Positions 1-11,082 of a stretch of DNA of 64,000 nucleotides are shown piece after piece (position 1 is the stretch's first letter; each line of letters opens with the position of its first letter). The stretch is from contig OX638340.1 in assembly GCA_951812955.1 (NCBI GenBank), positions 864,001-928,000 on the forward strand, in the 5' to 3' direction. Under the pieces are notes generated by a model. That model did not search any database. It saw nothing but the letters and a program-made list of their open reading frames with translations, and was not told the origin of the DNA. The position numbers and the translations under genes are program-made. Source of the DNA: an uncultured Gemmatimonadota bacterium. Its GTDB lineage: Bacteria; JAAXHH01.

Positions 1-308
1 CCCACCAGGAGGACTCCGTCCACCTGCAGCGAATCGCCGCCGAGGGTCAGGGCATCGGCGACCGTGGGATAGATCTTCATCTGAGGGAAACGGGCGGCGC
101 GGTCCCGGCTCAGATCGTTCTCGCCCACCTGGTCCACGTATAGGGAGACCAGGTCCATGGGCGGATGGTGGTGCCGGCCGCCCCAGCCATATCCCTCAAG
201 GAACCGGTCCACGATATGCTGAGTGTGGGCGTACGGATGGTAGACCGTCGTAATCGCGGAAATCTTGGGTCTGTTGGACATGGTATCGGAACGCTTCGGT
301 TGCTCCAT
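1..308 (-). CDS. Partial CDS running off the window edge (about 103 aa of the N-terminus); weak Gfo/Idh/MocA-like oxidoreductase resemblance
   Basis: Hand translation of the minus strand gives MEQPKRSDTMSNRPKISAITTVYHPYAHTQHIVDRFLEGYGWGG...KIYPTVADALTLGGDSLQVDGVLLVG with no stop through position 1. It is not in the ORF track because it is open at the edge. Confidence 0.3.
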   Translation of the reverse strand, partial: MEQPKRSDTMSNRPKISAITTVYHPYAHTQHIVDRFLEGYGWGGRHHHPPMDLVSLYVDQVGENDLSRDRAARFPQMKIYPTVADALTLGGDSLQVDGVLLV

Positions 309-450
309 GAAATAGTTGCGAGACCGGGACAAAGCCGGCAAGGGGCATGCGAGGCCGGACCTGGCTAAGCAAGGCCGGGCTGGACTAGGCTAAGCGAGTC
401 CGGGCCAGGCCAGGCGGAATAGACCGTGCCTGGCCTTGATTTGACGAGCG

Positions 451-1395
451 CTATACACGCTCCCGTGGACCGTCTTCGGCATTCCGGTCGTGTTTGATTA
501 CGGACATGGCCGACGCGATGATCGAACTGATATCGCTGAGATTGGAGGGAATGATCAGGCTGTTTCCCTGCTTGGCCAGATTGCCGAAGGTTTCGATGTA
601 CTGCTCGGCTACCCGCAGCTGGACAGCCTGGTCGCCACCATCCGTCTTGATCGCGCTGGCGATTGCCTTGACGCCCTCGGCCGTGGCGTTGGCCACGGTG
701 AGGATGGCCTGGCCTTCGCCTTCGGCCTCGTTGATTTGCTGCTGCTTGTTTGCCTCGGACTCCTTGATGACCTTCTGCTTCTCACCTTCGGCCTGGTTGA
801 TATTGGAGTCACGCATCCCTTCGGAATTCAGGATAGCCGCCCGCTTCTCCCGTTCCGCGCGCATCTGTTTTTCCATGGCTTCCAGGACGTCACGAGGTGG
901 ATTGATGTTCTTGATCTCGTATCGCAGGACCTTTACGCCCCAGGGATCGGAAGCCTTGTCCAGTTCACTCACGACGGCGAAATTGATGGCGGACCGTTCT
1001 TCGAAGGTCTTGTCCAGGTCGATCTTGCCGACTTCGCTTCTCAGGGTCGTCTGCGCAAGTTGGATTATGGCCATTTCATAGTCGGAAATGCCATAAGAAG
1101 CCCGTTCCGCGTCCAGAATCTGCATGTACAGTACTCCGTCCACGCCCACCTGGACGTTGTCCCGCGTGATACAAAGCTGTTCCGGGATGTCGATCGACTG
1201 TTCCTTCAACGTGTGCCGGTATGCCACCCGATCCACGAAGGGCATCAGGATATAGAATCCGGCGTTGAGCGTCCGGCTGTACTTCCCCAGTCTTTCGATC
1301 ACGCGGGCTTCCTGCTGCGGCACGACGATGACCAGCTTTCTCAAAAACAATATCGCCGCGACTGCGACGACTACGGTAACCAGTAGACTGTCCAT
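451..1395 (-). CDS. SPFH/band-7 (stomatin/HflC-like) membrane protein
   Basis: 314 aa with an N-terminal TM helix, then the SPFH core (VVPQQEARVIERLGKY...RDNV) and a long charged coiled-coil tail typical of slipins. Confidence 0.85.
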   Translation of the reverse strand: MDSLLVTVVVAVAAILFLRKLVIVVPQQEARVIERLGKYSRTLNAGFYILMPFVDRVAYRHTLKEQSIDIPEQLCITRDNVQVGVDGVLYMQILDAERASYGISDYEMAIIQLAQTTLRSEVGKIDLDKTFEERSAINFAVVSELDKASDPWGVKVLRYEIKNINPPRDVLEAMEKQMRAEREKRAAILNSEGMRDSNINQAEGEKQKVIKESEANKQQQINEAEGEGQAILTVANATAEGVKAIASAIKTDGGDQAVQLRVAEQYIETFGNLAKQGNSLIIPSNLSDISSIIASAMSVIKHDRNAEDGPRERV

Positions 1396-1468
1396 TAGAT
1401 GAATCCTTCCGGCGCGTAGAGGGATGGACGGTGGCAGGTTTCGACCGCCGACGGCATCCGGGTCGCGT

Positions 1469-1900
1469 TCACGCGCCCCTTACCCAGAGTGAAACACCTT
1501 CTATGCGTTCGACCATGCAGGTCTGTCCCTGCTCGATTTGGGAATCTCCCCGATTTACTGCGTTCCAACTCGAACCCCGCACCTCCACCTTTCCCGTCCC
1601 ATGGGCCGGAATGTCCTCCATGGCCGTTCCGGACTCGCCCTCCAGGGTGTGTATCTGCTCGTTGGATTGATCCAGATTCAAGCGCGAGGCCAGCGCACGG
1701 CGGAACAAGACGAGAGATACGATGGAGAATACGGAAAAAAGCAGGAACTGGATCCACGTAGCATCCACCAGGCCCGCCCACGCCAGCACGCCTACCACGA
1801 GCGAGGCGACGCCGAAGAACAACAGGTAGAAGGCGCCCGGCGTAGCCATCTCGGCCAGACAGAGCAACACGCCTCCGACGATCCAGATCCACCAGTCCAT
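1469..1900 (-). CDS. NfeD-family membrane protein (partner of the SPFH protein)
   Basis: 143 aa with hydrophobic N-terminal helices and a short C-terminal OB-like soluble domain, sitting immediately upstream of the SPFH gene on the same strand. This is the classic NfeD-SPFH operon. The overlapping 186-aa ORF in another frame was rejected. Confidence 0.7.
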   Translation of the reverse strand: MDWWIWIVGGVLLCLAEMATPGAFYLLFFGVASLVVGVLAWAGLVDATWIQFLLFSVFSIVSLVLFRRALASRLNLDQSNEQIHTLEGESGTAMEDIPAHGTGKVEVRGSSWNAVNRGDSQIEQGQTCMVERIEGVSLWVRGA

Positions 1901-1973
1901 TCAATCTCCTTGGATTCGGGCGAACGCGCCGGCAGATGACGGCAAAAACCGTCACGAGTACAGCGGCACGCGC

Positions 1974-3338
1974 TTAAACGTCGAGCAACAGTTCGGCGGG
2001 TACCTCGATCAGGGATTTGATCCTGCCCAGGAACTGCACGGCTTCCCTTCCGTCAATGATCCGGTGGTCGTAGGTCAGTGCCGCGTACATCATGGGCCGG
2101 ATCACGATCTCGCCGTCGACGGCAATGGGCCGGTCGTCGATTCGGTGCAGACCCAGAATCCCCACCTGGGGCGGGTTCAGGATAGGCGTGCTCAGCATGG
2201 ATCCGAAAACCCCGCCGTTCGTGATCGTAAAGGTCCCTCCCCTCAGGTCCTCCAAAGAAAGCTTGCCGTCCCCGGCCCTGGCCGCGTATTCGCGTATACC
2301 GCCTTCGATCTCGGCAAAAGTCATCCGATCCGCGTCCCGGAGGACGGGTACCACGAGCCCGTCTTCGGCACCGACCGCGATGCCGATGTCATAATAATGC
2401 TTCCTGACAATCGTATCCTCACGGATCTCGGCATTCAACTCTGGAAATTCCCTTAGCGCGCCGATCACGGCTTTTACGAAGAAGGACATGAATCCCAGCC
2501 GGACGCCGTGCCGCTTCTCGAAGGACTCCCGGTTTTTGCGTCGGATCGTCATCACCGCGCTCATGTCGATCTCGTTGAAGGTCGTCAGCATCGCGGCGGT
2601 CTGCTGCGCTTCCACGAGCCGACTGGCGATGGTGCGCCGCCGCCGGGACATGGGTATAACCTCCTCACGATGGTCACGGGATGCTTCGGAAGTATCGGCG
2701 GAAACGGCCGCGGCCGCCGCCTGCGCGGGAGCATCGGTCGCTGCGGAGTCACGGGATCGACTGGCTTGCCGCTCCGTCCTGCCAGAACCTCGTTCATCGG
2801 GCTCCCGCCCTGTTTCATCCGAAACGGCTTTCTCCTTCCTCGCTGCCACGGCCCGCTCTACGTCCTCCCTGCAGATCCGTCCTCCCATCCCGGTCCCTTC
2901 CAACCCGGCCAGGGAGATGCCCGCTTCGTCCGCCATACGGCGCGCCACGGGCGTTGCGCGATCGTCCGCAACCTCGTCTGCCTGGTTCGCCGCAGCCTGC
3001 TCGCCCGCAGCCGCAGCCTGCTCGCCCGCAGCCACAGCCTGCTCGCCCGCAGCCACAGCCTGCTCGCCCGCCGCCGCAGCCTGCTCGCCCGCCTTGACAC
3101 CGCCGTCTTCCAGCACACCGAGCAGATCGCCAATTTTTACATCCTCTCCCGCCGTGCGTTCGATGCGGGCCAGGACGCCGCTGTCGTTGGCGTTCACTTC
3201 GAGGGTAACTTTTTCGGTCTCCAACTCCAGCAGGGCCTCACCGGTCGTGACCGTATCGCCTTCCACTTTGAACCACTGGACGACCGTTGCTTCGACAATG
3301 GATTCACCGAGTTGCGGTACGGTGATGTCGATTGCCAT
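1974..3338 (-). CDS. sucB: 2-oxoglutarate dehydrogenase E2 (dihydrolipoyl succinyltransferase)
   Basis: Lipoyl domain at the N-terminus ([17 protein letters not shown]...ELETEKV). An Ala/Glu-rich linker carries tandem AGEQAVAA repeats. The catalytic domain has the DHRIIDG motif. It sits directly downstream of sucA. Confidence 0.88.
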   Translation of the reverse strand: MAIDITVPQLGESIVEATVVQWFKVEGDTVTTGEALLELETEKVTLEVNANDSGVLARIERTAGEDVKIGDLLGVLEDGGVKAGEQAAAAGEQAVAAGEQAVAAGEQAAAAGEQAAANQADEVADDRATPVARRMADEAGISLAGLEGTGMGGRICREDVERAVAARKEKAVSDETGREPDERGSGRTERQASRSRDSAATDAPAQAAAAAVSADTSEASRDHREEVIPMSRRRRTIASRLVEAQQTAAMLTTFNEIDMSAVMTIRRKNRESFEKRHGVRLGFMSFFVKAVIGALREFPELNAEIREDTIVRKHYYDIGIAVGAEDGLVVPVLRDADRMTFAEIEGGIREYAARAGDGKLSLEDLRGGTFTITNGGVFGSMLSTPILNPPQVGILGLHRIDDRPIAVDGEIVIRPMMYAALTYDHRIIDGREAVQFLGRIKSLIEVPAELLLDV

Positions 3339-3468
3339 ATAGCGCTCCCTGGTTAAACTGTAGTAGCCACGGTTCCCGTCAAGTGTCGGGACTCCGTCTA
3401 ATCCACGAACTGGAATTCCTGAACACGCGTACTCGAATCGAACAAAATGCGCAGGACGGCGCGATCTG

Positions 3469-6327
3469 TCAATTCATCTCGATGTTTCCCGATGCGCCCA
3501 TTGCAAAGGCCATCTTCACCAGGTTATGCTGATTTCGATTGTGAATGGCGGTCGAACCCTCGGAAGGACTCGCACTCGGCGGCCGGGAAACCAGAAATAA
3601 CGGGCAGCGTCCGTCGAGCGCACTTTCCAGCACCTTGCGCACGTAGTCCCAGGCGCCCATGTTTTCCGGCTCTTCCTGAAGCCAGGCGACTTCCTTCAGG
3701 TTGGGATACCTGTCGGTGATCTGTCTTACCTGGTCCAACGCGATAGGATAAAGCTGCTCTATACGGACAATCGCGGCGTGTGTCGCGTTCTCCCGGGCTT
3801 CATCGTTCATCAGATCGACGAATACCTTGCCGCTGCAGAATACCAGTCTACGGATTTTATCGGGATCTTCGAACGATCGCTCATCTTCAATGATCGGCTG
3901 CCATTTGCCTTCCGCGAGCTCACGGGCCGAGGATGCCACATCCGGATGGCGGAGCAGGCTCTTCGGCGTCATAACGATCAGGGGCAGCGGGTCGGATTCA
4001 AGCAACCTTGACTGCCTCCGCAACAAATGGAAATACTGGGCCGCCGTGGTGCAGTTGGCGATGCGGATGTTGAAATCGGCGCCGAAGGACAGGAATCGTT
4101 CCATCAGGCCGCTGGAGTGATCCGGTCCCTGCCCCTCGAATCCGTGAGGCAGCAGGATGGTCAGCGACGAGGTCTGCCCCCACTTGGCGCGGCCGGAAAC
4201 GAGGAACTCGTCGATGATGATCTGGGCTCCGTCAACGAAATCGCCGTACTGGGCCTCCCAGAGCACGAAACGTTCGGGCGCCTGTATGCTGTACCCGTAC
4301 TCGAATCCCAGGGCGGCGTATTCCGTGAGCGGCGTGTTCCGCGTTTCGAAGGACGCGTTCGCCTGGGGCAGGCGGCGAAGCGGATTCCATGCCAGGTCGG
4401 TCTCGAAGTCATGCAACACGTTGTGCCGCTGGCTGAAGGTCCCTCTTTCCACGTCCTGACCCGTCAGTCTGACTGGAACGCCGTCCTCGATGATCGTTGC
4501 GAATGCGAGGATCTCCGCCTGGGCCCAGTCGATTTTCCGTGCGTCCACATCGTCCAGCGCCCGCCGCCTGCGTTCGATAACTCTTCTGAGCCTGGGATGA
4601 AGGGTGAAGTCATCCGGGAATGTCCAGAGCGACTTGTTGAGATGCTTGAGCCGTCTCATGGAAACGGAAGAACGCACGCGTTTCGCAGTACCGGATCTCG
4701 GTGGACTGGCATAGGGCTCCACAAGTACTTCCTCGGGTTTCAGTTCATCAAGCATCTTCTGCATACCGTTCATGCGTTCGTCGACCATTTCCTCCGGTTT
4801 TCCTGTTTCGATCCTACCCTCCGACACGAGACGGTCCGCCCACAGCTTCCTCACCGTCGGATGGGATCCGATCCGCCGATAGAGACTGGGTTGGGTCAGC
4901 GACGGATCATCCCCCTCGTTGTGGCCGTGACGGCGGTACCCTATCAGATCGATCAGGAAATCCTTGCGGAATTTGACTCGGTAGCCGTAGGCGATCCGCG
5001 CGGCTTCCAGACAGGCCACCGGGTCATCGGCGTTGACGTGAATGATGGGTATTTCGAATCCCCGCGCTATATCGCTGGCATAGAGGGTGCTCCGGGATTG
5101 TTCCGAAGGCGTGGTGTATCCGAGCTGGTTGTTGGTGATCAGGTGGATGGTCCCGCCTGTTCGAAATCCGGGGACACGATAGAGCGTCAGGGTTTCCGCC
5201 ACGACGCCCTGGCCGGCGAAAGCGGCGTCGCCGTGGATCAGGATGGGCAGGTTGCGTTCCGGCAGCGGACGAACGTCGCCCGGCAGATTGGCGACCGTCC
5301 CCGCGGCGCGGGCCATGCCTTCCAGCACGGGATTGACCGCTTCCAGGTGACTGGGGTTCGGCGCCAGGTGGATATGCAGGTCCACTTCCTTGCCCTCCTG
5401 GTCCAGGTATCTTCGCTTGGCGCCGCTGTGGTACTTCACGTCACCGGTCCATCCCGAATCGTTGCCCGTCTTGTTTACCCGCTGGACCGGATCCCTGAAT
5501 TCAGCCAGTATATGCTCGTATGGCTTGTTCAGAATGTGTGCGAGGACGTTCAGCCTTCCCCGGTGAGCCATACCGATCAGGATGTTGCAGGTATTCTTCT
5601 CCGCGGCTTCGCCGATCACCCCGTCCAGGATGAGGATCATGGCGTCCAGGCCTTCGATGGAAAACCGGGTCTTGCCCGGGAAGGTCCGGTGCAGAAATTG
5701 CTCGAAGACCTCCACCTGCGTGAGCCGGTCCAGTATGTCCACGGCGCTGTATTCCTCCTCCGAGGGCCTGAACCGCCCCGTTTCCGCCGCTTCCTGCAAC
5801 CATTCCCGCTCTCCCGGCACCTCGATGTGCATGTAGTCGTAACCGGTGGTCGAGGAATATACCCGCTTGAGTTTCTTGAGCGCTTCGGAGGCGTTGCCGC
5901 ACTGCTTGCCCACCGGACCGCCGATCAGCGAGGAAGGCAGATGGCGCATCGCGTCTTCCGTCACGCCTTGCGCCGCCAGTTCCAGTTCCGTCAGCGGGTC
6001 GCCCAGTGCGGCGTCGTCGTCGGTCGCGAAGACGGAATAGGGAAAGTACCTTGGATCGGCCAGGGGATCCAGGTGCGCCCCGAGATGACCGTATTCCCGG
6101 ACATTCTGGGCGAGATTGGCAATGAAGACGATCTGGTCGATATCAGCGGGACAAGCGGGGAAAACTGCCGGTGATTCCCCGGCGGATTCACCATCGAGAG
6201 AAGGGGTGAACCGGGTAAACAATTCACGGGTCGCCGCGTCGACGGAATCGGGGTCCTGAAGGTATTGTTCGTACAACGCGATCACGTAACCGGCGTTCGG
6301 ACCATGAAACTCGCGCAAGAGATCCAA
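3469..6327 (-). CDS. sucA: 2-oxoglutarate dehydrogenase E1 component
   Basis: 952 aa, with the characteristic N-terminus [29 protein letters not shown]-binding and transketolase-like regions, and sucB immediately downstream. Confidence 0.9.
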   Translation of the reverse strand: MDLLREFHGPNAGYVIALYEQYLQDPDSVDAATRELFTRFTPSLDGESAGESPAVFPACPADIDQIVFIANLAQNVREYGHLGAHLDPLADPRYFPYSVFATDDDAALGDPLTELELAAQGVTEDAMRHLPSSLIGGPVGKQCGNASEALKKLKRVYSSTTGYDYMHIEVPGEREWLQEAAETGRFRPSEEEYSAVDILDRLTQVEVFEQFLHRTFPGKTRFSIEGLDAMILILDGVIGEAAEKNTCNILIGMAHRGRLNVLAHILNKPYEHILAEFRDPVQRVNKTGNDSGWTGDVKYHSGAKRRYLDQEGKEVDLHIHLAPNPSHLEAVNPVLEGMARAAGTVANLPGDVRPLPERNLPILIHGDAAFAGQGVVAETLTLYRVPGFRTGGTIHLITNNQLGYTTPSEQSRSTLYASDIARGFEIPIIHVNADDPVACLEAARIAYGYRVKFRKDFLIDLIGYRRHGHNEGDDPSLTQPSLYRRIGSHPTVRKLWADRLVSEGRIETGKPEEMVDERMNGMQKMLDELKPEEVLVEPYASPPRSGTAKRVRSSVSMRRLKHLNKSLWTFPDDFTLHPRLRRVIERRRRALDDVDARKIDWAQAEILAFATIIEDGVPVRLTGQDVERGTFSQRHNVLHDFETDLAWNPLRRLPQANASFETRNTPLTEYAALGFEYGYSIQAPERFVLWEAQYGDFVDGAQIIIDEFLVSGRAKWGQTSSLTILLPHGFEGQGPDHSSGLMERFLSFGADFNIRIANCTTAAQYFHLLRRQSRLLESDPLPLIVMTPKSLLRHPDVASSARELAEGKWQPIIEDERSFEDPDKIRRLVFCSGKVFVDLMNDEARENATHAAIVRIEQLYPIALDQVRQITDRYPNLKEVAWLQEEPENMGAWDYVRKVLESALDGRCPLFLVSRPPSASPSEGSTAIHNRNQHNLVKMAFAMGASGNIEMN

Positions 6328-6530
6328 GCGTAATCCTCCGACTGGCGTCTGTCTCGACTTGGCGGGATGACCAAAAAATGTTGCCCGGTCCTGGACACGG
6401 CGCCTATGGTTCGTGCCATCACAGCCCGCCTGTGAAAATACCCACGGCCACCGGGAAAGGCAAATGAATTGTAGGGATTTGGGATGCGACGCAAAGCCTC
6501 GAAAGATGGGTTGGATTCCGGATTAGTACC

Positions 6531-6559
6531 TTGACTTTTGGCCTGCGGATACATTATTT
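6531..6559 (+). promoter_or_regulatory. Candidate sigma70-type promoter for argG (TTGACT - 16/17 nt - CATTAT/TTATTT)
   Basis: -35/-10-like hexamers at appropriate spacing about 55 nt upstream of the argG ATG, in the divergent sucA/argG intergenic region. Confidence 0.3.
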
Positions 6560-6613
6560 CGAGTTTTCGGTCGCATTCCGTGCCATCCGGCATTTCCAAG
6601 GGGTATTGTTATC

Positions 6614-7849
6614 ATGAATTTGAGCGGTCTGAAGGGCAGGACCGTCGGGGCGGCGGTATCCGGTGGACTGGACAGTTGCACGCTAACGCGCTGGCTCGCC
6701 GATCACGACGTTGACGTAGTGTGTGTCACGGCCGATCTCGGCCAGCCGGACGAAGAACGCATAGACTATGTCGCGGAACGAATGATGCGCTGTGGTGCGA
6801 AGGAAGCCGTGATTGTGGACGCAAAGGAGCAGTTGGCACAGGCCGGCGTCGAGGTCATCCAGTGCCAGGCGATGTACGAGGGGAACTACTGGAACACCAC
6901 GGGTATAGCCAGGCACGTCACCGTACGGACCTTGCTGCCCGAACTCGAGAAACGCGGCATCGATATCCTGTCCCACGGCGCCACCGGGCGCGGAAACGAC
7001 CAGGTCCGGTTTCAACTCGTCGCCAACATGATCGACCCCTCGGTAGAAGTCTACGCCCCCTGGCGCGACCAGGCTTTCCTGGACGAGTTTCCCGGCAGAA
7101 CAGAAATGATCGATTTCTGTGAAGCCCGTCAGTTGCCGGTACAGGCTTCCCATGAGAAACCCTATTCGACCGACGCGAATATCCTTGGATTGACCCACGA
7201 GGCCGGCCGTCTCGAATCACTCGATACGCCGGCGGGATTCATCACCCCCGGCATGGGAGTCCATCCCCGGGAAGCGCCGGATGCGCCCGAAACTTTTGCC
7301 GTCAGATTCGAAGAGGGCGTACCAGTTCGGATAAATGAGGATTTCGTCACCCCGCTGTCGGCCATCGAGACGGCCAACCGGATCGGCGGCAGGAACGGAA
7401 TCGGCATTGGGATCCACACCGTGGAGAACCGGTTCGTAGGCATCAAAAGCCGGGGGGTCTACGAATCACCGGCCATGACGCTCCTCGGGCAATGCTACGA
7501 GTTTCTGCTGCAGCTTATTCTAGACCGCCGCGCGCGCCGCAGCTTCGACCAGTTTTCTGCGTTGATAGCGGAACAGATCTACCAGGGCTACTGGTACGAC
7601 CCATCCACCCGTGCGCTCCGGGCTTCCGTGGACGTATTCAACCGGCTCGCCACAGGCACCATCCGGGTCGAACTTTACAAGGGCCAGGTTTCCTTCGTAT
7701 CGGCCGTTGACGTCCCACACTCGCTCTATTCCGAAACGACGGCGTCCATGGAAGGCGTGGGAGACTTCGACCACAAGGATTCCGAGGGTTTTCTCGGTGT
7801 GCTGGGCGTCAGCGCAAGGGCACTCAAATCATCCGGCCAGACGCAATAA
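6614..7849 (+). CDS. argG: Argininosuccinate synthase
   Basis: 411 aa with an N-terminal PP-loop AVSGGLDSCT, the conserved core, and the length of the ArgG family. Confidence 0.85.
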   Translation: MNLSGLKGRTVGAAVSGGLDSCTLTRWLADHDVDVVCVTADLGQPDEERIDYVAERMMRCGAKEAVIVDAKEQLAQAGVEVIQCQAMYEGNYWNTTGIARHVTVRTLLPELEKRGIDILSHGATGRGNDQVRFQLVANMIDPSVEVYAPWRDQAFLDEFPGRTEMIDFCEARQLPVQASHEKPYSTDANILGLTHEAGRLESLDTPAGFITPGMGVHPREAPDAPETFAVRFEEGVPVRINEDFVTPLSAIETANRIGGRNGIGIGIHTVENRFVGIKSRGVYESPAMTLLGQCYEFLLQLILDRRARRSFDQFSALIAEQIYQGYWYDPSTRALRASVDVFNRLATGTIRVELYKGQVSFVSAVDVPHSLYSETTASMEGVGDFDHKDSEGFLGVLGVSARALKSSGQTQ

Positions 7850-7850
7850 G

Positions 7851-7961
7851 CCGGCCTGGCGCCATAGACCGGCCTGGCACCATGAACCGGCCTGGCACCA
7901 TGAACCAGCCTGGCACCATAAAACCGGCCTGGCACCATTCACCGGTCTGACACCATAACGT
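7851..7961. repeat. Tandem array of about six 18-bp units (consensus CGGCCTGGCACCATGAAC) between the argG stop and the VOC gene start
   Basis: Read directly: gccggcctggcgccatagac / cggcctggcaccatgaac x2 / cagcctggcaccataaaac / cggcctggcaccattcac / cggtctgacaccataacg, with decaying identity toward the 3' end. Confidence 0.8.
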
Positions 7962-7989
7962 GGTAGGAAATACAAAGGGGGAAGCGTCG

Positions 7990-8412
7990 ATGCCCGTCGG
8001 ATCGAAAAACCAGGTGATTCCCGGTTGCGGTACGCATCATGTGGCCGTCCAGACCAGGGACTGGGACGCCTCGCTTCAGTTGTACCGGGACGTTCTGGGG
8101 ATGAAATCCGTGGCGGTATTCGGACCCGAGGACCGCAGGATCATGCTCCTCGACACCGGGGACGGCAGCCATATAGAACTGTTCCAGCCCACGGGCGATA
8201 CTCCGTCGCCGGGAAGCACGTCGCCCAACGATCCGGTTACACATATCGCACTGGCCACGACGGATGCGCGCACAGCCATCGAACATGTCCGTTCCCATGG
8301 ATATGAAGTGACGGTCGAGCCGAAAGACGTCAATCTCGGCGGGCTGGATGTAACCGTCGCGTTCTTCAAAGGCCCGAGTGGCGAAGTAGTGGAATTCTTC
8401 CAGTTGCACTGA
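7990..8412 (+). CDS. VOC-family (glyoxalase/bleomycin-resistance/dioxygenase) protein
   Basis: About 140 aa with a beta-alpha-beta-beta-beta VOC-like sequence (HHVAVQTRDWDASLQLYRDVLGM...HIAL...). The start was moved to the ATG at 7990, which is preceded by AAGGGGG. Confidence 0.65.
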   Translation: MPVGSKNQVIPGCGTHHVAVQTRDWDASLQLYRDVLGMKSVAVFGPEDRRIMLLDTGDGSHIELFQPTGDTPSPGSTSPNDPVTHIALATTDARTAIEHVRSHGYEVTVEPKDVNLGGLDVTVAFFKGPSGEVVEFFQLH

Positions 8413-8501
8413 TCCACTGCCGCTTCGGAAGCGAAATGCTGCCAGTGATTTTCGTAGCTTGTGAACGCACTTCCGCTCGTCCGCGAGCAGGATTCCGCCT
8501 C

Positions 8502-10088
8502 ATGTACCGATTCTTCATGACCCTTGCCTTCGTCCTGGCGGCCGCGTGTCCCGTCACCGCCCAGGACTACGATGTCTCCGATCTTCAAACCCGCGCCGAA
8601 TTATCCGATTTCGAAGAGACGACCAGGTACGAGGAGGTAATGTCCTTCCTACGGGCCACGGTACTCGCCTCCGACCGGCTTCATCTGACCGAATTCGGTT
8701 ACACGACCGAAGGCAGGGCGCTGCCCCTGCTTGTCTACGGCGACGTCTGGGACGCATCCGCGGCGGAAATCGCCCTTACCGGGAAAACGAGAGTATTCAT
8801 ACAGGCGAACATCCACGCAGGTGAGGTCTGCGGCAAGGAAGCCCTGCTCATGCTTATCCGGGAACTGGCCTCCGGAGCGTACACCGACTGGGCCGATTCG
8901 CTGGTGTTGCTCATGGCACCCATTTACAACGCCGACGGCAACGAGCGGATCAGTTTGTACAACCGTCCGCGCCAACACGGACCCGTGGGGGGCATGGGAC
9001 AGCGGCCCAATGCCCAGGGGTTCGACCTCAACCGCGACCACATGAAACTGGACTCCCCCGAGGCGCGATCCCTCGTCTGGCTCATGAACGAATACGATCC
9101 CCACGTGCTTATCGACCTCCACACCACGAACGGAACCGTTCATGGTTACCACCTTACCTACTCGCCGCCGCTGAACCCCAACACCGCAGGTCCGATCTTC
9201 GAAATGCTTCGTGGGCGTTGGCTGCCTGAAGTGCGCAGCGCCGTCAGGGAAGCCTATGGATGGGAATTCTACTATTACGGAAATGTACCCAGAGAAGGAT
9301 CGAACCGCGCCCCCGGATGGTACACCTTCGATCACCGACCACGGTTCAACAACAATTATGTGGGACTTCGAAACCGTATAGCCATTCTGAGCGAAGCCTA
9401 TTCCTACGCAACCTTCGAAGAACGCATCCTGGCCACCCTGGCCTTCGTGCGGGAGAATCTACACTACGCCCACCGGAACGCGTCTTCGATACGCGAAACC
9501 CTCGAATCCGTGGACCTGGAACCGGTCGTGGGACAGGACATGGCCGTACGTTCCGACTTTGCCCGGTCCGGGGACCCGGTCGAAATCCTGTTAGGTGAAG
9601 TCGAGGAGACGCGAAACCCCTACACCGGCGAAGTCATGTACCTCAGAAAGGAAGCCAGGAATCCGACTTCGATGTACGAATATGGACAATTCTCCGCTGT
9701 AGAGACGGAGCGTGCGCCCAGGACGTATTTCGTTCCCCCCTCCATGACAATCGTAATCGAACGGCTCACGGCCCACGGCATCTGGTTCGAGGAACTCTCC
9801 AGTCCACGCGAACTGGCGCTGGAGCGATTCAGGATAGCATCGTCGCAGGCCGCCGAGCGCCCCTTCCAGGGCAGACACGAGCGGACGCTGACGGGCGCGT
9901 ACGAGCCGGTGGTCCGGACGCTGGAAGCCGGCACGCTGGTCGTACCGGTGGATCAGCAACTGGGCAGACTGGTATTCTACCTGTTGGAACCCCGGTCCGA
10001 CGACGGTCTGGTTGCATGGGCGCTGATGGACGATGTCCTCTCGGGCGCGGAGTACTACCCCATTCTGCGTGAACCCGCTGACCGGTAA
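8502..10088 (+). CDS. Secreted M14-family zinc carboxypeptidase
   Basis: Signal peptide MYRFFMTLAFVLAAACPVTAQ, an HxxE zinc motif (IHAGEVCGKEA) and a downstream His ligand region. The start was refined from the track's 8436. Confidence 0.75.
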   Translation: MYRFFMTLAFVLAAACPVTAQDYDVSDLQTRAELSDFEETTRYEEVMSFLRATVLASDRLHLTEFGYTTEGRALPLLVYGDVWDASAAEIALTGKTRVFIQANIHAGEVCGKEALLMLIRELASGAYTDWADSLVLLMAPIYNADGNERISLYNRPRQHGPVGGMGQRPNAQGFDLNRDHMKLDSPEARSLVWLMNEYDPHVLIDLHTTNGTVHGYHLTYSPPLNPNTAGPIFEMLRGRWLPEVRSAVREAYGWEFYYYGNVPREGSNRAPGWYTFDHRPRFNNNYVGLRNRIAILSEAYSYATFEERILATLAFVRENLHYAHRNASSIRETLESVDLEPVVGQDMAVRSDFARSGDPVEILLGEVEETRNPYTGEVMYLRKEARNPTSMYEYGQFSAVETERAPRTYFVPPSMTIVIERLTAHGIWFEELSSPRELALERFRIASSQAAERPFQGRHERTLTGAYEPVVRTLEAGTLVVPVDQQLGRLVFYLLEPRSDDGLVAWALMDDVLSGAEYYPILREPADR

Positions 10089-10119
10089 CCACCCTGAATC
10101 CATTCACCATGGAGCCCGC

Positions 10120-11082
10120 ATGCCCGGACGCGTCATCCTGGACACCGATACGGGAGTCGACGACGCCCTGGCCATTCTGTTGGCCATGCGGTCCCCCGAA
10201 CTCGGTATCGACGCGATCACGGGCGTCTGCGGAAACACGCCCCTCGACCACTGCATGCGGAACATACTCATCACGCTGGACGTCCTCGATGCCGGGCAAA
10301 AGCCGGTTGTAGCCCGTGGCGAGGCCAGACCGCTGGTCCGTGAACTGTCCTTTGCGGGGGACATACACGGAGACGACGGACTGGGCGAGGTGACCCGGCT
10401 GGTGGATTCGGAAGGCACACGCGTCTATCCGGATCCGGTGCAACTGGAAAGTCCCATCCACGCCGTCGACCTGATCCTCGAAAGCGCGGACCGGCACCCG
10501 GATGAACTGACCCTGGTCGCCGTCGGTCCGCTTACCAACGTCGCGCGAGCCATCATGAAGGATCCGGAACGCATGCGCGGACTCCGGGAGATCATCATCA
10601 TGGGCGGCGCTTTCGAGACCGGTGGGAATGTTTCACCGGTGGCGGAATTCAATATCCACGCCGACCCCCATGCCGCGCAGATCGTTTGCGATTCCGGGAT
10701 CCCCCTGGTCTTCGTCCCGCTCGACGTGACCAGGCAGGCCTTCCTGGACGCCGGTACGATAGGCCGATACGCCGGCGAGGGAAGCGCCAGGGCGACCTTC
10801 GTGCGGGACTGCACCGCCCGGTACGTCGCGTTTCACCGGCGCAACCGGGGAGTCAACGGCTGCTTTCTTCACGACCCACTTGCCGTGGCCGTCGCCATCC
10901 GGGAAGACCTCGTTACGAAGGTGCCGGCCCGGGTGGACGTGGAAACCGCCGGTGATCTCACATCGGGGATGACGGTGTCGGACCTCCGTTCAGCGCGATG
11001 GGGCGAACCGAACGCGAGGGTCTGCACCGCGTTGGACGTTCAAGCTTTCATCAGGCTGTTCGAGGAAAGGGTGCTCGCATGA
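10120..11082 (+). CDS. Nucleoside hydrolase (IU-preferring / RihA-like)
   Basis: The N-terminal DTDTGVDDALAI aspartate cluster is diagnostic of nucleoside hydrolases. About 320 aa. ATG at 10120. Confidence 0.85.
   Translation: MPGRVILDTDTGVDDALAILLAMRSPELGIDAITGVCGNTPLDHCMRNILITLDVLDAGQKPVVARGEARPLVRELSFAGDIHGDDGLGEVTRLVDSEGTRVYPDPVQLESPIHAVDLILESADRHPDELTLVAVGPLTNVARAIMKDPERMRGLREIIIMGGAFETGGNVSPVAEFNIHADPHAAQIVCDSGIPLVFVPLDVTRQAFLDAGTIGRYAGEGSARATFVRDCTARYVAFHRRNRGVNGCFLHDPLAVAVAIREDLVTKVPARVDVETAGDLTSGMTVSDLRSARWGEPNARVCTALDVQAFIRLFEERVLA

Noticed and set aside
1395-1955. A 186-aa ORF overlapping the NfeD gene in another frame
   Set aside because: Arg/Gly-rich nonsense composition. The 143-aa frame has the NfeD hydrophobic N-terminus plus OB-like C-terminus and the correct operon position.
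4027-6174. Long antisense or alternate-frame ORFs inside confidently called genes: 715 aa opposite sucA, 282-284 aa opposite sucB (2488..3356), a 322-aa Arg/Pro-rich ORF opposite the acidic tail (14554..15522), 275 aa opposite the APC permease (21632..22459), 654 aa across E1alpha/lipB (33077..35041), and 389 aa within the OPT-like gene (51077..52246)
   Set aside because: These are typical stop-codon-poor antisense frames of a high-GC genome. They have low-complexity Arg/Pro/Gly-rich compositions and no motifs, and each is fully nested in a gene with strong family signatures on the other strand or frame.
7851-7961. Whether the 18-bp tandem array is a CRISPR array
   Set aside because: The units are contiguous with no spacers. 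The repeat length is too short, and there is no cas gene anywhere in the window.
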